Assembly: GCF_001949145.1 (NCBI RefSeq)
Contig: NW_019091359.1
Coordinates: 1 to 64,000 of the forward strand
DNA: 64,000 nt
Reading direction: 5' to 3'
DNA from: Acanthaster planci
Taxonomy: Eukaryota
Made by a program: the position numbers and the translations under genes. Positions 51,001-64,000 of the stretch are shown piece by piece. The notes beneath the pieces were generated by a model. It saw only the letters and a list, made by a program, of their open reading frames with translations, was not told where the DNA came from and made no database searches. Numbering within the stretch: the first letter of the stretch is position 1; every line of letters starts with the position of its first letter.

Positions 51001-53525
51001 TATTGGTATACTTCATACTTTTACAGGCATGAAAGCCTGAGGGGAGCTACTCTTACATTAAAAATAGATTCATTGAAACACATGATAGATGCTAGTTGAA
51101 TGTACCTAATGTGGTGTGCAGTAATTAACGTTCTCAGAGATCACAACTGCTGGTGTCTGGAGCTGTACATGTGAATCTCAGTGAAGATCTTGAGCAAATT
51201 AAAGTTGTGACAAGATTATGGTTTCAAGATGACAAATAATTCACCAACAGGCATGATGGTCAGGAATTTGTCATTTGGGCAAACTGAACATGATAAACTG
51301 CGGGGTGAATTAATCAAAGAGGCAATTGAGAAATACATGTATGTGGCCGGGGAGCTTTGTTCCAATGTTTAAGCCTTCCTCCGGTTGTTTCTAGTTTAGG
51401 AGTAGGGCCATTTATACGGGGGTTTAGTCCACTAGACAGGCCCTAATGAAGTTGAGTCTTTAATGTGCCACTCTTCGACGTTTCCTTGACTTTCCTCATG
51501 CATCATTGCCAAACCTCTTTGCTGAAAAAAAAATGAATTCATTCAGTTACAGTGAATACTGATATTATACTCTTTAAAATACATGCCACAAATCACCTTT
51601 GTGAATATTTTTGGTGTCATGAAAACCTGAAATTTAAAAATGACAGCATCCAGAAATTGGCACAAATTCAGCTGACTGTTCCCTATTTGTGGCACACTTG
51701 AACAAATCTCTGAAAATTCCACATCCTACATAAGAAGTTCTTCAAATTTGATAAATTCCAGTATTACCCCTAAATATACATACATGTACAAACTTATTTT
51801 CAGAAAAGTAGGCGTAACATTATCAGTTACTTTCTTCACTGTGGGTACATTTTCAAAGCATTCATTTTGCACTTAAAAAAAACATTAAAATGGAATTTAT
51901 CAGGTCAAAAGACCTACATACAGTACGTGATTGATGTAATTGCAAAGGCTTTGGAACTCAGTGCAGTACACAGTGACAGAAGCAAGTGAGAGAACTCGAC
52001 ATTTTTGTCATGTATGATCAAGGACGTAGGCCCATTTAAAGGTAGACCCCGTAAACGGGGCCCGACGTATACTCCTCCGTCATATACTTGGCCCTGTCCC
52101 GATTCATAGGGATTTCTTTTGAAAAACTTTATTTGGGAAATCCGGGGACATAACTAAACATCTGCTTGATTTTATGAGCTGAAATTGCACCGGTACATGT
52201 ATGTTCACTACTTGCAGGGTAAGCTCTCCCCTAGGTTGCTAATTGTAGAAAAATTACCTTTTCCTCGTTTGGAGGAACAAAGTTGACGGCTGTTTCGTCA
52301 CTTTCATATCACATCAAGCAGTGTGTGTGACTGGACGGGGAACCAGCCAAGGGCGTTGTGTATTAGCTGCACATGTCCGTATAGGACTATATGTGTAAAT
52401 ATACTGTAGAGTACATACAATGTTAGAATTCTGGAAATTCTTAAATGCCAAAGTTTGTCAGTCTAGCAAGAAAGACTGGGATTTTGCCTTCTCATCTGAG
52501 GTAATTAATGATGCATCCAAGTGCCTGGCCTTCCCAGCACCACACACTCACTTCGTTTTCATGCATGAGCACCATGGCAGTAAAGGTCCCATTGATCGAT
52601 AAATATGGCTGCTTCTGGTAAAAATTTGGATAAAATCAGTGTGACCCCAGTTATTACTAGTCAATAAAATGGGAGAGGACGGGCCGGCTAAGATATCTTG
52701 ATGGCGGTTTATTTCTGGAAAAACAGGAAATGGAGAGAAAATAAATAACAAGTCTTTCCTCGTCTCCGGTCAGCATTCGAAAAACGCTGACAAGGGTCCT
52801 GTTTACATAGCCTATTCTGATTGGCCGATGGATTGTAATCATAAAAGAAAATATTTAAATACCAGAAGGGTAACGGGCGAAACTACAAAATTATGAGGGG
52901 GGATCTTTTTTTCAATTCGGCGACATTCTCTCCTCTGTTTGGGAAATGGTGTCCTCGCCATTTGAGCTATTTACGATTAGTATACAATTTATATAAACAA
53001 AATTGTGTACAGAGGTAATCTAATCAATTAGACTACTAAAAACCTTATATATTAATTTTCCTCAAATTAAGTACATGTCATTCCGCCGCCTGGTGTGACT
53101 TGCACAATAAAATTTAAGAGGTTCATATTCACATAATACAAATATCACCCATACACTACGGATTACCTTCAATTCAGTCAATTCTGTACATAAGGAAGAA
53201 GAAAAAAATTAGACAATTGCTTAACTCCCGCACAAATTTAAATTTGCCCAGTGGCACATCTATTATACACTGGAAGGTCATAAAATTTCTAGCAGTCCTC
53301 TTCATTTGTACATACANNNNNNNNNNNNNNNNNNNNNNNNNNNNNNNNNNNNNNNNNNNNNNNNNNNNNNNNNNNNNNNNNNNNNNNNNNNNNNNNNNNN
53401 NNNNNNNNNNNNNNNNNNNNNNNNNNNNNNNNNNNNNNNNNNNNNNNNNNNNNNNNNNNNNNNNNNNNNNNNNNNNNNNNNNNNNNNNNNNNNNNNNNNN
53501 NNNNNNNNNNNNNNNNNNNNNNNNN

Positions 53526-56065
53526 TAAAAGAAATATAATGACACACATTACTCAAACAATTTACTACGGGTGAATTTCAATTAAACTGTCGCAGTAAAA
53601 ACCTCAAGCCTGCCTTTCTTCTGGCCTCTGCCATTTTTGCACTCTTCCATCTCGTCCACAGTTCTCTTGCAGATTTTAATTTTGACTGATAGAGTTCTTC
53701 CAGTGATGTCTCAAGGCAAACTCTGTGTTGTTTAGTTTGGCCAAGGAAGTCATACGACAATCTGTTAGGTGGCCTGCATATTCTGTGTGGCCGTTGTGGG
53801 AGATGGAGATCAGGTGAAGTTTCACTAGACTGGTGTGATGAGGATGGCAGCAAAGATGATGCCGATAATGTTGGAGATAAAGATCCAGATGAAGATCAAG
53901 ATGTAGATCGAGATGGAGACATTGTAGAGTGGCCCGATGAATCATTTGGATGTTAGGGCCTTTCTCTTTCATCTTCACTGAGCAGGAGTTTGTGTATTCT
54001 GGAACGAATGTTACGAGGATGGTGTCATCATTTGCCTCATCACTCATTTGTTGATTTTCCTGAGACGTAGCTTTAATTCCTGTCTCTGGTTTCTGTCGGG
54101 GTAGATAAAAATATCTCTGCTTCTGTTTTCTGGTTTCCTTCTTCTTTGGACTCCTCTATTCTCTCAAGTATGTTCTTTTGGTTGTCTTCAAGGGGAGAAA
54201 CATGCATGGAGTCAGTAAGTTTCAGTGTAGCGTTCTCTCCTTGCCGGTTTCCTGACTGGCAACGATGTAGACAGGCAAGTTTCCATGCTTCGAGACGACA
54301 ACATAAGGTTGTGGCTCCCATCTGTCAGCTAGTTTCTGTGTGCCTGTGATGTGTTTGCGCAGCACAAGAACATGATCACCAGGAATGGGAGGGGCGTTGT
54401 GTGATTCCCGGTCATAAAGCTGCTTCTGCTTAACTCGCGGCCTGTCAATAATGTTCTGTGCTGCTCTGTATGAGGATCTGAGATGTTCTCGCAGGTTATC
54501 AACGAACTTGTCGTATGATAAAGAATCCTTCTGGTTGTCCGGGGCAAACCCAAACATAAGGTTGATTGGTAAATTCAGATGGCACCCGAACATCAAGTAG
54601 AAGGGGGCGTGACCGGTCGTCTCATTGCGGGTGCAGCTGTACGCATGAGTCATTGCGCTGACATGCTGTTTCCAGTCACGTTTCTCGTTTATGTCAAGAG
54701 TTCCAAGCATATTGAGCAGAGTGTGGTTGAATCGCTCGGTGAGACCATTCCCTTGAGGATGGTACGGTGTTGTTCGACTTTTACAAATCCCACAAACTTT
54801 GCAGAGCTCCTTTATCAATTGGCCTTCAAAATTCCTTCCTTGATAAGAATGAATTCTGACAGGGAAACCGTAGTGTACAATGAAGTTTTCCCATAAGACT
54901 TTAGCGACTGTGTGTGCTTTCTGATCGCGGGTGGGGTAGGCCTGTGCGTATTTTGTGAAATGGTCAGTGACTATTCCTCCTTTCGATTGCTCAAGTTTGA
55001 GTAAGTCAATTCCGACGAGCTCAAGGGGTTCACTGGATGTGATGTTGACCAATGGAACCCTAGTCTTGGACAATGGGGTTTTTCTGAGACAACATCTCTT
55101 GCAATGCTCACACCAATGCTTAATATCTTCCGCCATCTTTGGCCAGAAAAATCGTCGCCGAACCATACCAAGAGTGTGTTCATATCCAAGATGTCCTAGA
55201 TCGTTGTGGAGGCAGACTAGAGTCGTTTCCCTGAACTCTTTGGGCAGGACGAGCGTGTATGATGTTCCTCCATCTTGTGACTTAGTGGTTCGGTACAGAC
55301 TTTCATCCTTTAGATGGAGCCTGTTCCACTGTCGCAAGTACAGGAGACACTCCTGCGACTCTTTCGCGCGATCAATCGATACAGGCTTCTTGTTCTGTTC
55401 TAGGAAGAGGATAATTCGGCCTATATCGGGGTCTTCTCGCTGTGATGTCATTATTTCCTCCTGTGAGAGATTAGGTAGATATTATTAAATATTTAACTTC
55501 CTTCTGCAACAGGAAACACTTCGACGGTTTCAGTTTGAGACCATGTTGGCGAAGACAGGATGTGCTCCTCAAAGGTTGCCGAGAACACGATGATACCATC
55601 AAAATAAAGCAGTAATTTCAAGTAGTTGCGATCACCAAAACAAATTTGCATTAGCCGTTGAAAGGTTGCAGGAGCATTTTGAAGACCGAATGGCATACAG
55701 TTACATTCAAAGAGTCCCATCAGGGTCGTAAATGCTGTCTTAGGTTATCTTTCTCGTCAACCTCTACTTGCCAGTAGCCAGATGTCAAATCTAATGAAGA
55801 GAAAAGAGTAGCGTTCCCAAGGGCATCTAGTGCATCCTCAATTCGCAGGAGTGGGAACGCATCCCGGACTGTTTTGCTATTCAGTTGTCGATAATCAATG
55901 CGAATCCGCAAAGAGCCGTCCTTTTTGTGTACTATCACGATGGGAGATGCATAAGGACTACAACTACGCCTGATACCTCCAGACTCCTCCAGTGCCTGCA
56001 GATGTTCTCATAATGCTTGGTACTGAGAGGGCGGAATCCTTCGATGTGGAAGACAAAAAGGTTGA
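53526..56065 (-). mobile_element. Gypsy element copy A (RT part + integrase; RNase H deleted)
   Basis: ORF 54222-55451 has the integrase zinc finger (HNDLGH...CEHCKRC), VGIDL, HSYQGRNFE, TTPYHPQGNGLTERFN and KLADRWE. RT pieces LDLTSGYWQVEV and MPFGLQNAPATFQRLM. Confidence 0.9.
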
Positions 56066-56516
56066 TGTAATGCAGGCGCACATTGTCAAACTGTATTAGG
56101 TTTACCTTTGACCTTGGGTGCATGATTTATTCATCTGTAGGCGTGGCCTATCGAGGCACCAGTTCTCGGACTGCGCGTCCAAAGTGTATACTTACCTAGG
56201 TCACTGTGAGCGCATCATGCTGTCTGTACACGTATAATGTATACACGTGTGTGGGTTTAGACACACAGCTTTAACCACAACTCCTGAGATGTGAATCATT
56301 GCTCGACATTTTGTTTTCTCATTGTTGGGTATTGCAGCAGAAAGCATTGATGATGTAAGCCTGAATTACATTGTTAAGTGACTGATTTGAAGCTGCAGTT
56401 CTGCTGCTGGTGATAGCCTATAATCTCGGCAGAGTCGTGAGTTAATCTTTCTAGTGCTAAAGTTTATAAGTGTGATTATTTTGCTATAATTTCTGCCAAA
56501 GTGTAGGCGGTTTTGT
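56066..56516. mobile_element. Unrelated insertion truncating Gypsy copy A, possibly an LTR
   Basis: Homology to copy B stops at GGTTGA and the new sequence begins TGTAATG (TG-type LTR terminus). It ends at the single-N join. Confidence 0.4.
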
Positions 56517-56517
56517 N

Positions 56518-59500
56518 AAAAAGAAATATAATGACACACATTACTCAAACAATTTACTACGGGTGAATTTCAATTAAACTGTCGCAGTAAAAACCTCAAA
56601 CCTGCCTTTCTTCGGGGGCGTTGTGTGATCCACGGTCATACAGCCGCTTCTACTTAGCTCGTGCCTTCTCAGCAATGTTCTGTGCTGCGCTGTATGAGGA
56701 TCTGAGATGTTCTTGCAGGTTATCAACAAACTCGTCGTATGATGGAGAATCCTTCTGGTTGTTCAGGGCAAACCCATACATAGGGTTGATTGGTAAATTC
56801 GGATGGTGCCCGAACATCAAGTAGAGGGGGGCGTGACCGGTTGTCTCATGGCGGGTGCAGTTGTACGCATGAGTCATTGTGATGACATGCTGTTTCCAGT
56901 CACGTTTCTCATTTTATGTCGAGGGTTCCAAGAATATTGAGCAGAGTGTGGTTGAATCGCTCAGTGAGACCATTCCCTTGAGGATGTTAAGGTGTTGTTC
57001 GACTTTTCCAAATCCCACAAACTTTGCAGAGCTCCTTTATCAATTGGCCTTCAAAATTCCTTCCTTGATCAGAATGAATTCTGACAGGGAAACCGTAGGG
57101 TACAATGAAGTTTTCCCATAAGACTTTAGCGACTGTGTGTGCCTTCTGATCATGGGTGGGGTAGGCCTGTGCGTACTTTGTGAAATGGTCAGTGACTATT
57201 AGGATATTTTCTATTCCTCCTTTCGATTGCTCAAGTTTGAGTAAGTCAATTCCGACGAGCTCAAGGGGTTCACTGGATGTGATGTTGACCAATGGAACCC
57301 TAGTCTTGGACAATGGGGTTTTTCTGAAACAACATCTCTTGCAATGCTCACACCACTGCTTAATATCTTCCGCCATCTTTGGCCAGAAAAATCGTCGCCG
57401 AACCATATCAAGAGTGTGTTCATATCCAAGATGTCCTAGATCGTTGTGGAGGCAGACTAGAGCCGTTTTCCTGAACTCTTTGGGCAGGACGAGCTGGTAT
57501 GATGTTCCTCCATCTTGTGATTTAGTGGTTTGGTACAGAGTTTCATCCTTTAGATGGAGCCTGTTCCACTGTCGCAAGTACAGGAGACACCCCTTCAACA
57601 TTTTTACGCGATCAATCGATACAGGCTTCTTGTTCTGTTCTAGGAAGAGGATAATTCGGCCTATTTTGGGGTCTTCTCGCTGTGATGTCATGATTTCCTC
57701 CTGTGAGAGATTAGGTAGATATTATTAGATATTTAACTTCCTTCTGCAACAGGAAACACTTCGATGGTTTCAGTTTGAGACCATGTTGGCGAAGATAGGC
57801 GAAGACTTTTTCAAGACGTTCGATGTGCTCCTTAAAGGTTGCCGAGAACATGATGATACCATCAAGATAAAGCAGTAATGTCAAGTAGTTCCGATCACCT
57901 AAACAAATTTGCATTAGCCGTTGAAAGGTTACAGGAGCATTTTGAAGACCGAATGGCATACAGTTACATTCAAAGAGTCCCATCGGGGTAGTAAATGCTG
58001 TCTTAGGTTTATCTTTCTCGTCAACCTCTACTTGCCAGTAGCCAGATGTCAAATCTAATGTAGAGAAAAGAGTGGCGTTCCCAAGGGCATCTAGTGCATC
58101 CTCAATTCGCGGGAGTGGGAACCCATCCCAGACTGTTTTGCTATTCAGTTGTCAATAATCAATGCAAATCCACAAAGAGCTGTCCTTTTTGTGTACTCTC
58201 ACAATGGGAGATGCATAAGGACTGCAACTACGCCTGATAGCTCCAGACTCCTCCATTGCCTGCAGATGTTCTCGTACTGCTTGGTACTGAGAGGGCGGAA
58301 TCCTTCGATGTGGAAGACGAAAAGGTTGATCATCAATCAATGGGATAGTGCGCTTGATTGTAGTTGTGTGGCCAAAATCCATGGAATTTTTCGAGAACAC
58401 ATCAAAGTTTCTCTGAAGGAGATCTTCAAGTTGCTTCCTCTGAGTTTCATCTTGAAGAAGAGCACTTGACAAATTGAGAGATGGAACTGTAGTGGAGACC
58501 TCTGCCATGGTGTTCATCGCTTAGCTGAGTGGGACATTAATACTTGTTTGGTTTTGATGCAGACACTCGACAGCTTCTGGACCTGATGTCAATTTGACAG
58601 TGTCTGACTACTTGTCTAACACCATTGGGTGAGGTGTGTCCACTCTCTCATCAACTTGAAGAATTGAAGAAGACGTGCCAGATGGGTATTTTTTTCTGAT
58701 GATGATTGGTCTGGCTGATAGATTACAGAGTCAGACAGGGACTCGGCAGTTAGGGCCAACTTCTGCTACAAGACTTCTGACCTTTAGACATGTCCTATTC
58801 TGGGGAAAGCCTTCAACCACTGCTGTGTAGGTACCGTCTCCTGTGTATGGCGCCTGACAGATCACGTCAACCTCTTTCCCGGGTGGTACTGTACATGAAA
58901 ACTGACCGATGTACTTTGTGTAACCAATTCTTCCTTGTTCATCACCTGGTTCAGATACTGTAGTGTTAATGAATGCGGTGGACCATGCCTTGTTCTTTGC
59001 TCGGATGGATTGCATGAATTCAGGACCTCTGGTCAAATTCTGGTCTCGTCTGGAAGCACGGATGACATTAGTGCCGATGAGCAGAGGTACACGCCGTCGG
59101 TAGTTGTCTGACGGGACGACAAAAGTTGGGATCTCCTTGTAGACAACGTCTGGGATCGTCAGAGTAATTGGAGTAACGCCAAGGTGGGGTACCTTCTGTC
59201 CATTAGCACCTTCAATGGAGATGTCAACAGGGGTAAGCTGAATGTTGCACAATTTGGGGTGTTATTTCTATAGATCTTCAGTAATGGAAGTGATTTGGGA
59301 TCCTGAGTTGATCAGAGCTATGTAAGGTACACCATTAACTTCGACTGAATCTTCATTGGTGGGACCAATGAGCTTCTGATACTCTGGTTGACTTTGGTGC
59401 TTGGTTCTGGAGATGGAAGTAAGATTTATAGGGCTTTGGTGGTTGGTGGCTCCAGCTGCTTGCCCTGCGGCTGTGGGCCTTGCTGGTTTAACAGTAGACT

Positions 59501-60900
59501 TCGACATCGCCGGGCGATGTGGCCCTCTTGTCTGCAGTGGTGACAGACGTAGACACGATCATTTTGGTATTCTGCTCTTGGGCACTGACGAGGTTGGTTT
59601 TGCTTTGTCGACATCTGCTCGAATTTCTCTGCGAGTTGGTGTACGTTCAGCAGCAGATCTTGCAGAACTTCATAACTCATTTGTTCGGATTTCTCAGCTG
59701 GTGGGCTTTGCATTGACACTGCTTTGAGACACTTCTGTTGTGAAGGAGAGGATTGTGATCAGGTTCGTTGGGATTGCGCCTTTTGGTCAGATTTGAAGAC
59801 AGATGCCAATCTTGATTCTCTCTCTATCTATCGTAACTCCATCTGCACTTCTCGAAAAGTCATGTCCCTGAGTTTCATGGGTGCAAGTCATTGAGTCACT
59901 TTTTCATCTCTGACTCCCCTCATGAACTGCTGAGTCAGCATCCTGTTTCGGGTTTGAAGAGGTTGTCCCTGGTTAATTTGTTCCTCTATGGTGCGTAAGG
60001 TAACTTCGAGTTCAACTGCATAGATGGTGGGGGACTCATTTGGCAGTCTGAACCGTTCATAAAAATTGGCCAATGGATCGCCAAGAAAAGACACTTCACC
60101 AAACCGTGCTCGTAACTCGGCGAATGCGAAGCTCGATGTCTGTTGTTTGGGTGGAAGATTCAACACCAACTTCCTGGCGGCACCGCCAAGATACCTGACG
60201 ATAGTTGAAAACTGCATGCAAGATGGCACAGATGTTGTCTCGATCAGGTACTTGACATCTCTGATCCAGTCTTCTATGCAGATTGCTGAGCTTTCGCGGC
60301 CAGTGAACACTGGGACATTCTTTACCTGGTGATACTGCGGCGGCGGTGTAGGCATCGGGAAAGCACCCATTGAGTGTGGTGTAAAACTGCGATGACCCAG
60401 AGTCTTAGTAGATGTGCCTGGTAGACAGGAAGAAGACTGGTGAGATCGCTATGGAGGCTGTTCTGGTTGTAACTCTGGAAGAGACGAGATTCTCCGCTCC
60501 AGATCCCTCAGGTCAGATTACGAACTTCTCAGGTAGAGACTGAAAGTTTGGAAGATCGTCTGAGGGTAGCGCTTGTGGGGACCTGGTAGCGGTTCTCTCT
60601 CGAGATCTTGGTCTCTGCAGAGTTAACATTGGAGGAAGTGGCCTCCTGCTCGATGGATTACGAATAGGAGTGAGTGTTGGGAACTGAAGTGGATCATCCC
60701 GAAGAAACTGCTTCTTTGAAGTAGACATGGTACTCACTTGAAAGAGAATTAATATCAGTCCCAGGAATACGACCAAAAATGGAAGTTTGAGCCAAAGGAG
60801 AAATCAGTTTGGGTGTAGACGAAATGGAAGAGTCGAAACAGTTCCTAGGACCATTGAAAATGGGAAACAACAAACTACAACAAACATGCAAAGTCTTGGC
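56518..60900 (-). mobile_element. Gypsy element copy B: PNMA-like gag, CCHC knuckle, protease, RT, integrase; RNase H deleted
   Basis: VPVFTGRES..IEDWIRDV...YLGGAARKLV, VCHHCRQEGHIARRC, ALINSGSQITSI, LLIGTNVI, PFRLPHRRIPP, SPYASPIV, LLLYLDGII, HSDQGRNFE. Confidence 0.9.
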
Positions 60901-62694
60901 TCAAACAATTCAGCTGTAACAAGGATAACAAAAGCAATAGCAAAACAAGCCAGGTTAAATTAATTTGATATGGGATAATGAGAAACAATCAATCATCAAT
61001 GCAAACGCAGAATGATCTCAGCAAAATGATCAAAACAAATCAAAAGAACATGAATACCGGGCAAAAAGCAATGAATCAATTCAACATAATCAAGATAGAA
61101 GGCAATTCAATCACAATATTCCAAATCAAAACATTAGTAGAATGAAGAGTTAAACTGCAACTCAGATCAAGACGTTATAATATGAAATGAAGAAAATAAA
61201 AATTGAAACTTTAATCAATAATTCCAAATTGAAACGAAACTAGCACAACAATTCAATTCAAAATTAGGCAACAGCAATGGGTAGGTAACAATCAAACTCT
61301 CAAAAATGAAACAAGTAATAAACCAACAAATAATTAACAGTGTCCGTTATTTCAAATCAAACAAGTGCTGCGTAAAAAAATAAACATTACGAACACATCT
61401 TTAACAAATCAGTTGATGCTGTTAAAGTTCACAATATCACTCCATCCAATTTCTTGAGAGTCACAACCAAAAGTGCTGATATAAGACAAAATAACTTGAA
61501 TTTAAACTTACGGTTTTCTCCATTTTTCTAATCTTGGAATGTCAATCAGCCGCTACGATGATCCTGACAACCAATTTTGCCTCATAAGCAGCCTGACAAA
61601 TCTGCTACTGGCAGTGGCAAATGGTGCAACCAAAGTAGGGACTATCAACTCAGCCCACACACCTCATCATTATGATGCATCTCTCAGGTCTCTACTGTCT
61701 ATCACTGTTCATCACATTCATACTCAGTTGTGCTCTATTCACATTCAAATCGCCCACAGAACTCCAGCCTTATTTTCTTTATGCAAAGGAAACCTCCACT
61801 GCAATACAAAAGGACAAGGTAGTGCATCAAAATTCCTAGTCAAAGTGGGTGAAAAATTTGCATGTGAGTACAGAAAGCCATGGCCCTGGTCATTGATGCG
61901 TATCCTGAAGAAGTAAAGTGATGAATTAAACATGAAGAGAAAGTCTAGTGAATAATGCATGCTTAAGTTTAGTTCAGATTGATTAGGCACAGCAGCTGAC
62001 ACTGAAATAGAAAATAAGTGACATTAATTGACCTGATAGAAAAATAGGAATAAAATATGGAATTGACGGAAAATTCTGACATACTGACTTGTATTAAACC
62101 GACTACATATCAATCTCTAGTATTGAGACTCAGAAAAGAAAACATTCAGAAGGCAAGCACAAAATGCATCCAATCTAGCAAGATTTTTGGGCATATCCAA
62201 AGGTATTTTTTCCAATGTTCAACACCTTTCTCAAAGTCTTACCCACGAGATATTTTTTAAAGACAGTTCAAACAAAGTTATTAGATGATTGGCACACCGT
62301 AAGAAATTAGTGTCGCCGAGTATCCTTGACTTCTTTGGTGTTGGTATTACGTCAGTGTTCCTATGCAGATGCAATACGTTTTGTGCCTGTGCGTGGCTTG
62401 CAACTGCCATCACACAGCTGACGACTCAATCACTTCTATCATCGTGTGTTAGTTGAGTCCACGGTAAGTCATGGTAAATAAATCATAACTGTCTTAATTT
62501 TCTTTTTCTCTCCACATACGATGAACAGGGTCGCGAGAGAAGGCAAACAAACTGCAGACTTTTTAGAACTAGGAAGTCTGTACATATATTTTGATTTGAA
62601 CAGCAAATGGCCTATTTTTGTACTTTTTCTTACATTCCGTCAGTTTTGCAGTCAGATATTAAATGAAGTTTAACGAGCTGTATCAATTATTACA

Positions 62695-64000
62695 TGTAGT
62701 GGGGGGAAAGGATTGGACACTCATAACGTATCCTACCCTCGCTCGGCATCCTTCGGTTGGCAGGTAGGTGAGGCGCCACCGCGCGGCGGTGGGTTGTTCC
62801 CGAAACTTGCTGCCGCCACGTGGATGTGCCTCGTAATCCACCAACTCAGAACCCAGTGAGCGAGAGAATAAACCCAGAGTGCCAAACACACCGTCTTTGG
62901 AACTTTATTCCCTCGAACTGCCACCAACCACCCTGTCATAACAGAACTATAATCGGACTCCCTCCCTCTCCAGTTGTGTCCCATTAGGCTCTCTCGCTCC
63001 TTCTCCTCCCTCCCCACAAGTGTCAGAAGTAGGATGAGACTGGTTTCCAAGTGATCTTCGGCACTTGCATTGGTGGCGGGAATATCACGGCGATTCGAGT
63101 TAAGCAGGGGGGTGGGAGATGTGATTAAAGTTTATCTTAATGGAGGATAAACTCTCCCTAGACACACTCCAAGGAAAACTGCATCAGGACTGATAAAGTC
63201 AGAAGGGGGGATTCTACCCCAGCCTGGAGGATGGAAGAATGACATCTATGAACCGATACTCCCAGTCCAACCAAAACCTGAGAAAGACTCCCCCATGCCC
63301 ACCGTAGTGATGGCTCTAGACAGGAAACTCCCCAGTTTCAGTGGACACGGTGACATAACTGGCCGAAGCACACCGATAGACGAGTATGTCACTGCTATCA
63401 AGCTTGCCTCCAGCGCTATCAAGTCCCAGAGGGACAGCAGGGGCAGTTTATACTGGACACGCTCAAGGGCAGTCCCCCTTAGAAGTTAAGGCATTGCTCT
63501 CCAATGGGGCTACAGTGGATGATGTTCTCGGCTACCTCAAGTCATCGTAGGGGAAACACTGACAGTGAGTATGCTTCAAAGGCACTTTTTGGAACAGAGG
63601 CAGGGCTGTGGAGAATCTGTTCGAGATTTCGCTGTGGCCTTACAACGGATTTTCCTTCCAAAAGAAGGACCCAGGCTTGTTCAAAGACCCCTGATGCAAT
63701 AGTTCCAGAACAGTTTGACGGTCTCAGTCCAGAGGCCGTGAGAGTGCCTCGGCACCAACTGCAACTGCGCCAGTGACATCTGCAGAGATCAAGGTAGGCC
63801 AGGATACCATCAGGAGACTGGAGCAACAATTGGAATGAATGATGCAGTTGCTAGGTGCTCTCGTGACGTGTATTCTATGCAAACAGCTGCTACAGTTGCC
63901 AACTCAGCACAGCAACAACCTACTTCTAGCCACCAAGGCCCCACACCTGCGGTAAACAACAACCCTCGGCAGTAAGGAGCCAGACTGTCGGAGGGGAATC
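62695..64000 (+). mobile_element. Gypsy element 5' end: putative LTR (62695-63069), PBS (~63071) and decayed PNMA-like gag running off the window
   Basis: TGTAGT...TTGCA bounded segment containing AATAAA (~62867), followed by TGGTGGCGGG (TGG-start PBS). Then DRKLPSFSG...IDEYV, QFILDTLKG...EVKALL and FLEQRQGCGESVRDFA. Confidence 0.7.

Noticed and set aside
51404..52064. Possible Harbinger-like TIR pair (GGGCCATTTATACGGGG / CCCCGTAAACGGGGCCC)
   Set aside because: The match is too degenerate and no TSD is evident.
54955..55488. Long + strand ORFs (also 57180-57728, 39904-40272 on the minus strand, and similar)
   Set aside because: Antisense shadows of retroelement pol sequence, with no independent coding signature.
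61545..61590. Possible tRNA-Ser-type PBS for the minus-strand Gypsy
   Set aside because: Only a partial match (ATCCTG.C.AC), and no LTR could be defined.
62521..62590. MNRVAREGK..., resembling the expected next XPC exon (LNRVARKL)
   Set aside because: No suitable phase-1 AG acceptor, and the following residues lack the IDCA..GxDF motif. Likely chance.

Overview
Animal (probably marine invertebrate) nuclear DNA from a gapped draft scaffold, with seven long N-gaps and two single-N joins. It is not prokaryotic, and I found no CRISPR, rRNA or tRNA genes. The only host gene recognised is XPC/Rad4 (nucleotide-excision repair damage sensor), + strand, seen as two coding exons (12699-12788 and 32892-33051) separated by a ~20.1 kb intron. 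The flanking exons were not found, so most or all of the window is probably XPC intron. The rest is a dense, nested set of decayed transposable elements: Ngaro-like and DIRS1-like tyrosine-recombinase retrotransposons, L1/Tx1, L2, CR1-group, Rex/Babar-like and RTE LINEs, a Penelope-like fragment, several Gypsy LTR elements, and non-autonomous hAT, Tc1/pogo, piggyBac-type and AT-TSD DNA elements plus a ~145-150 bp tandem repeat. Most notable observations: (1) the palindrome TACATGTA is strongly enriched, and twice it is a clean 6-bp in-frame insertion at a TA inside conserved RT motifs, resembling Tc1/mariner excision footprints; (2) a decayed hammerhead-like motif lies in an inverted Penelope terminal repeat; (3) a DIRS1 > L1/Tx1 > Penelope nest; (4) an RT-less DIRS1-like element retains gag, adenine-MTase-like, recombinase and terminal ICR/ITR parts. 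I found no intact, clearly novel multi-gene system. All family assignments come from motif recognition by eye, not database searches, and many element boundaries are approximate.
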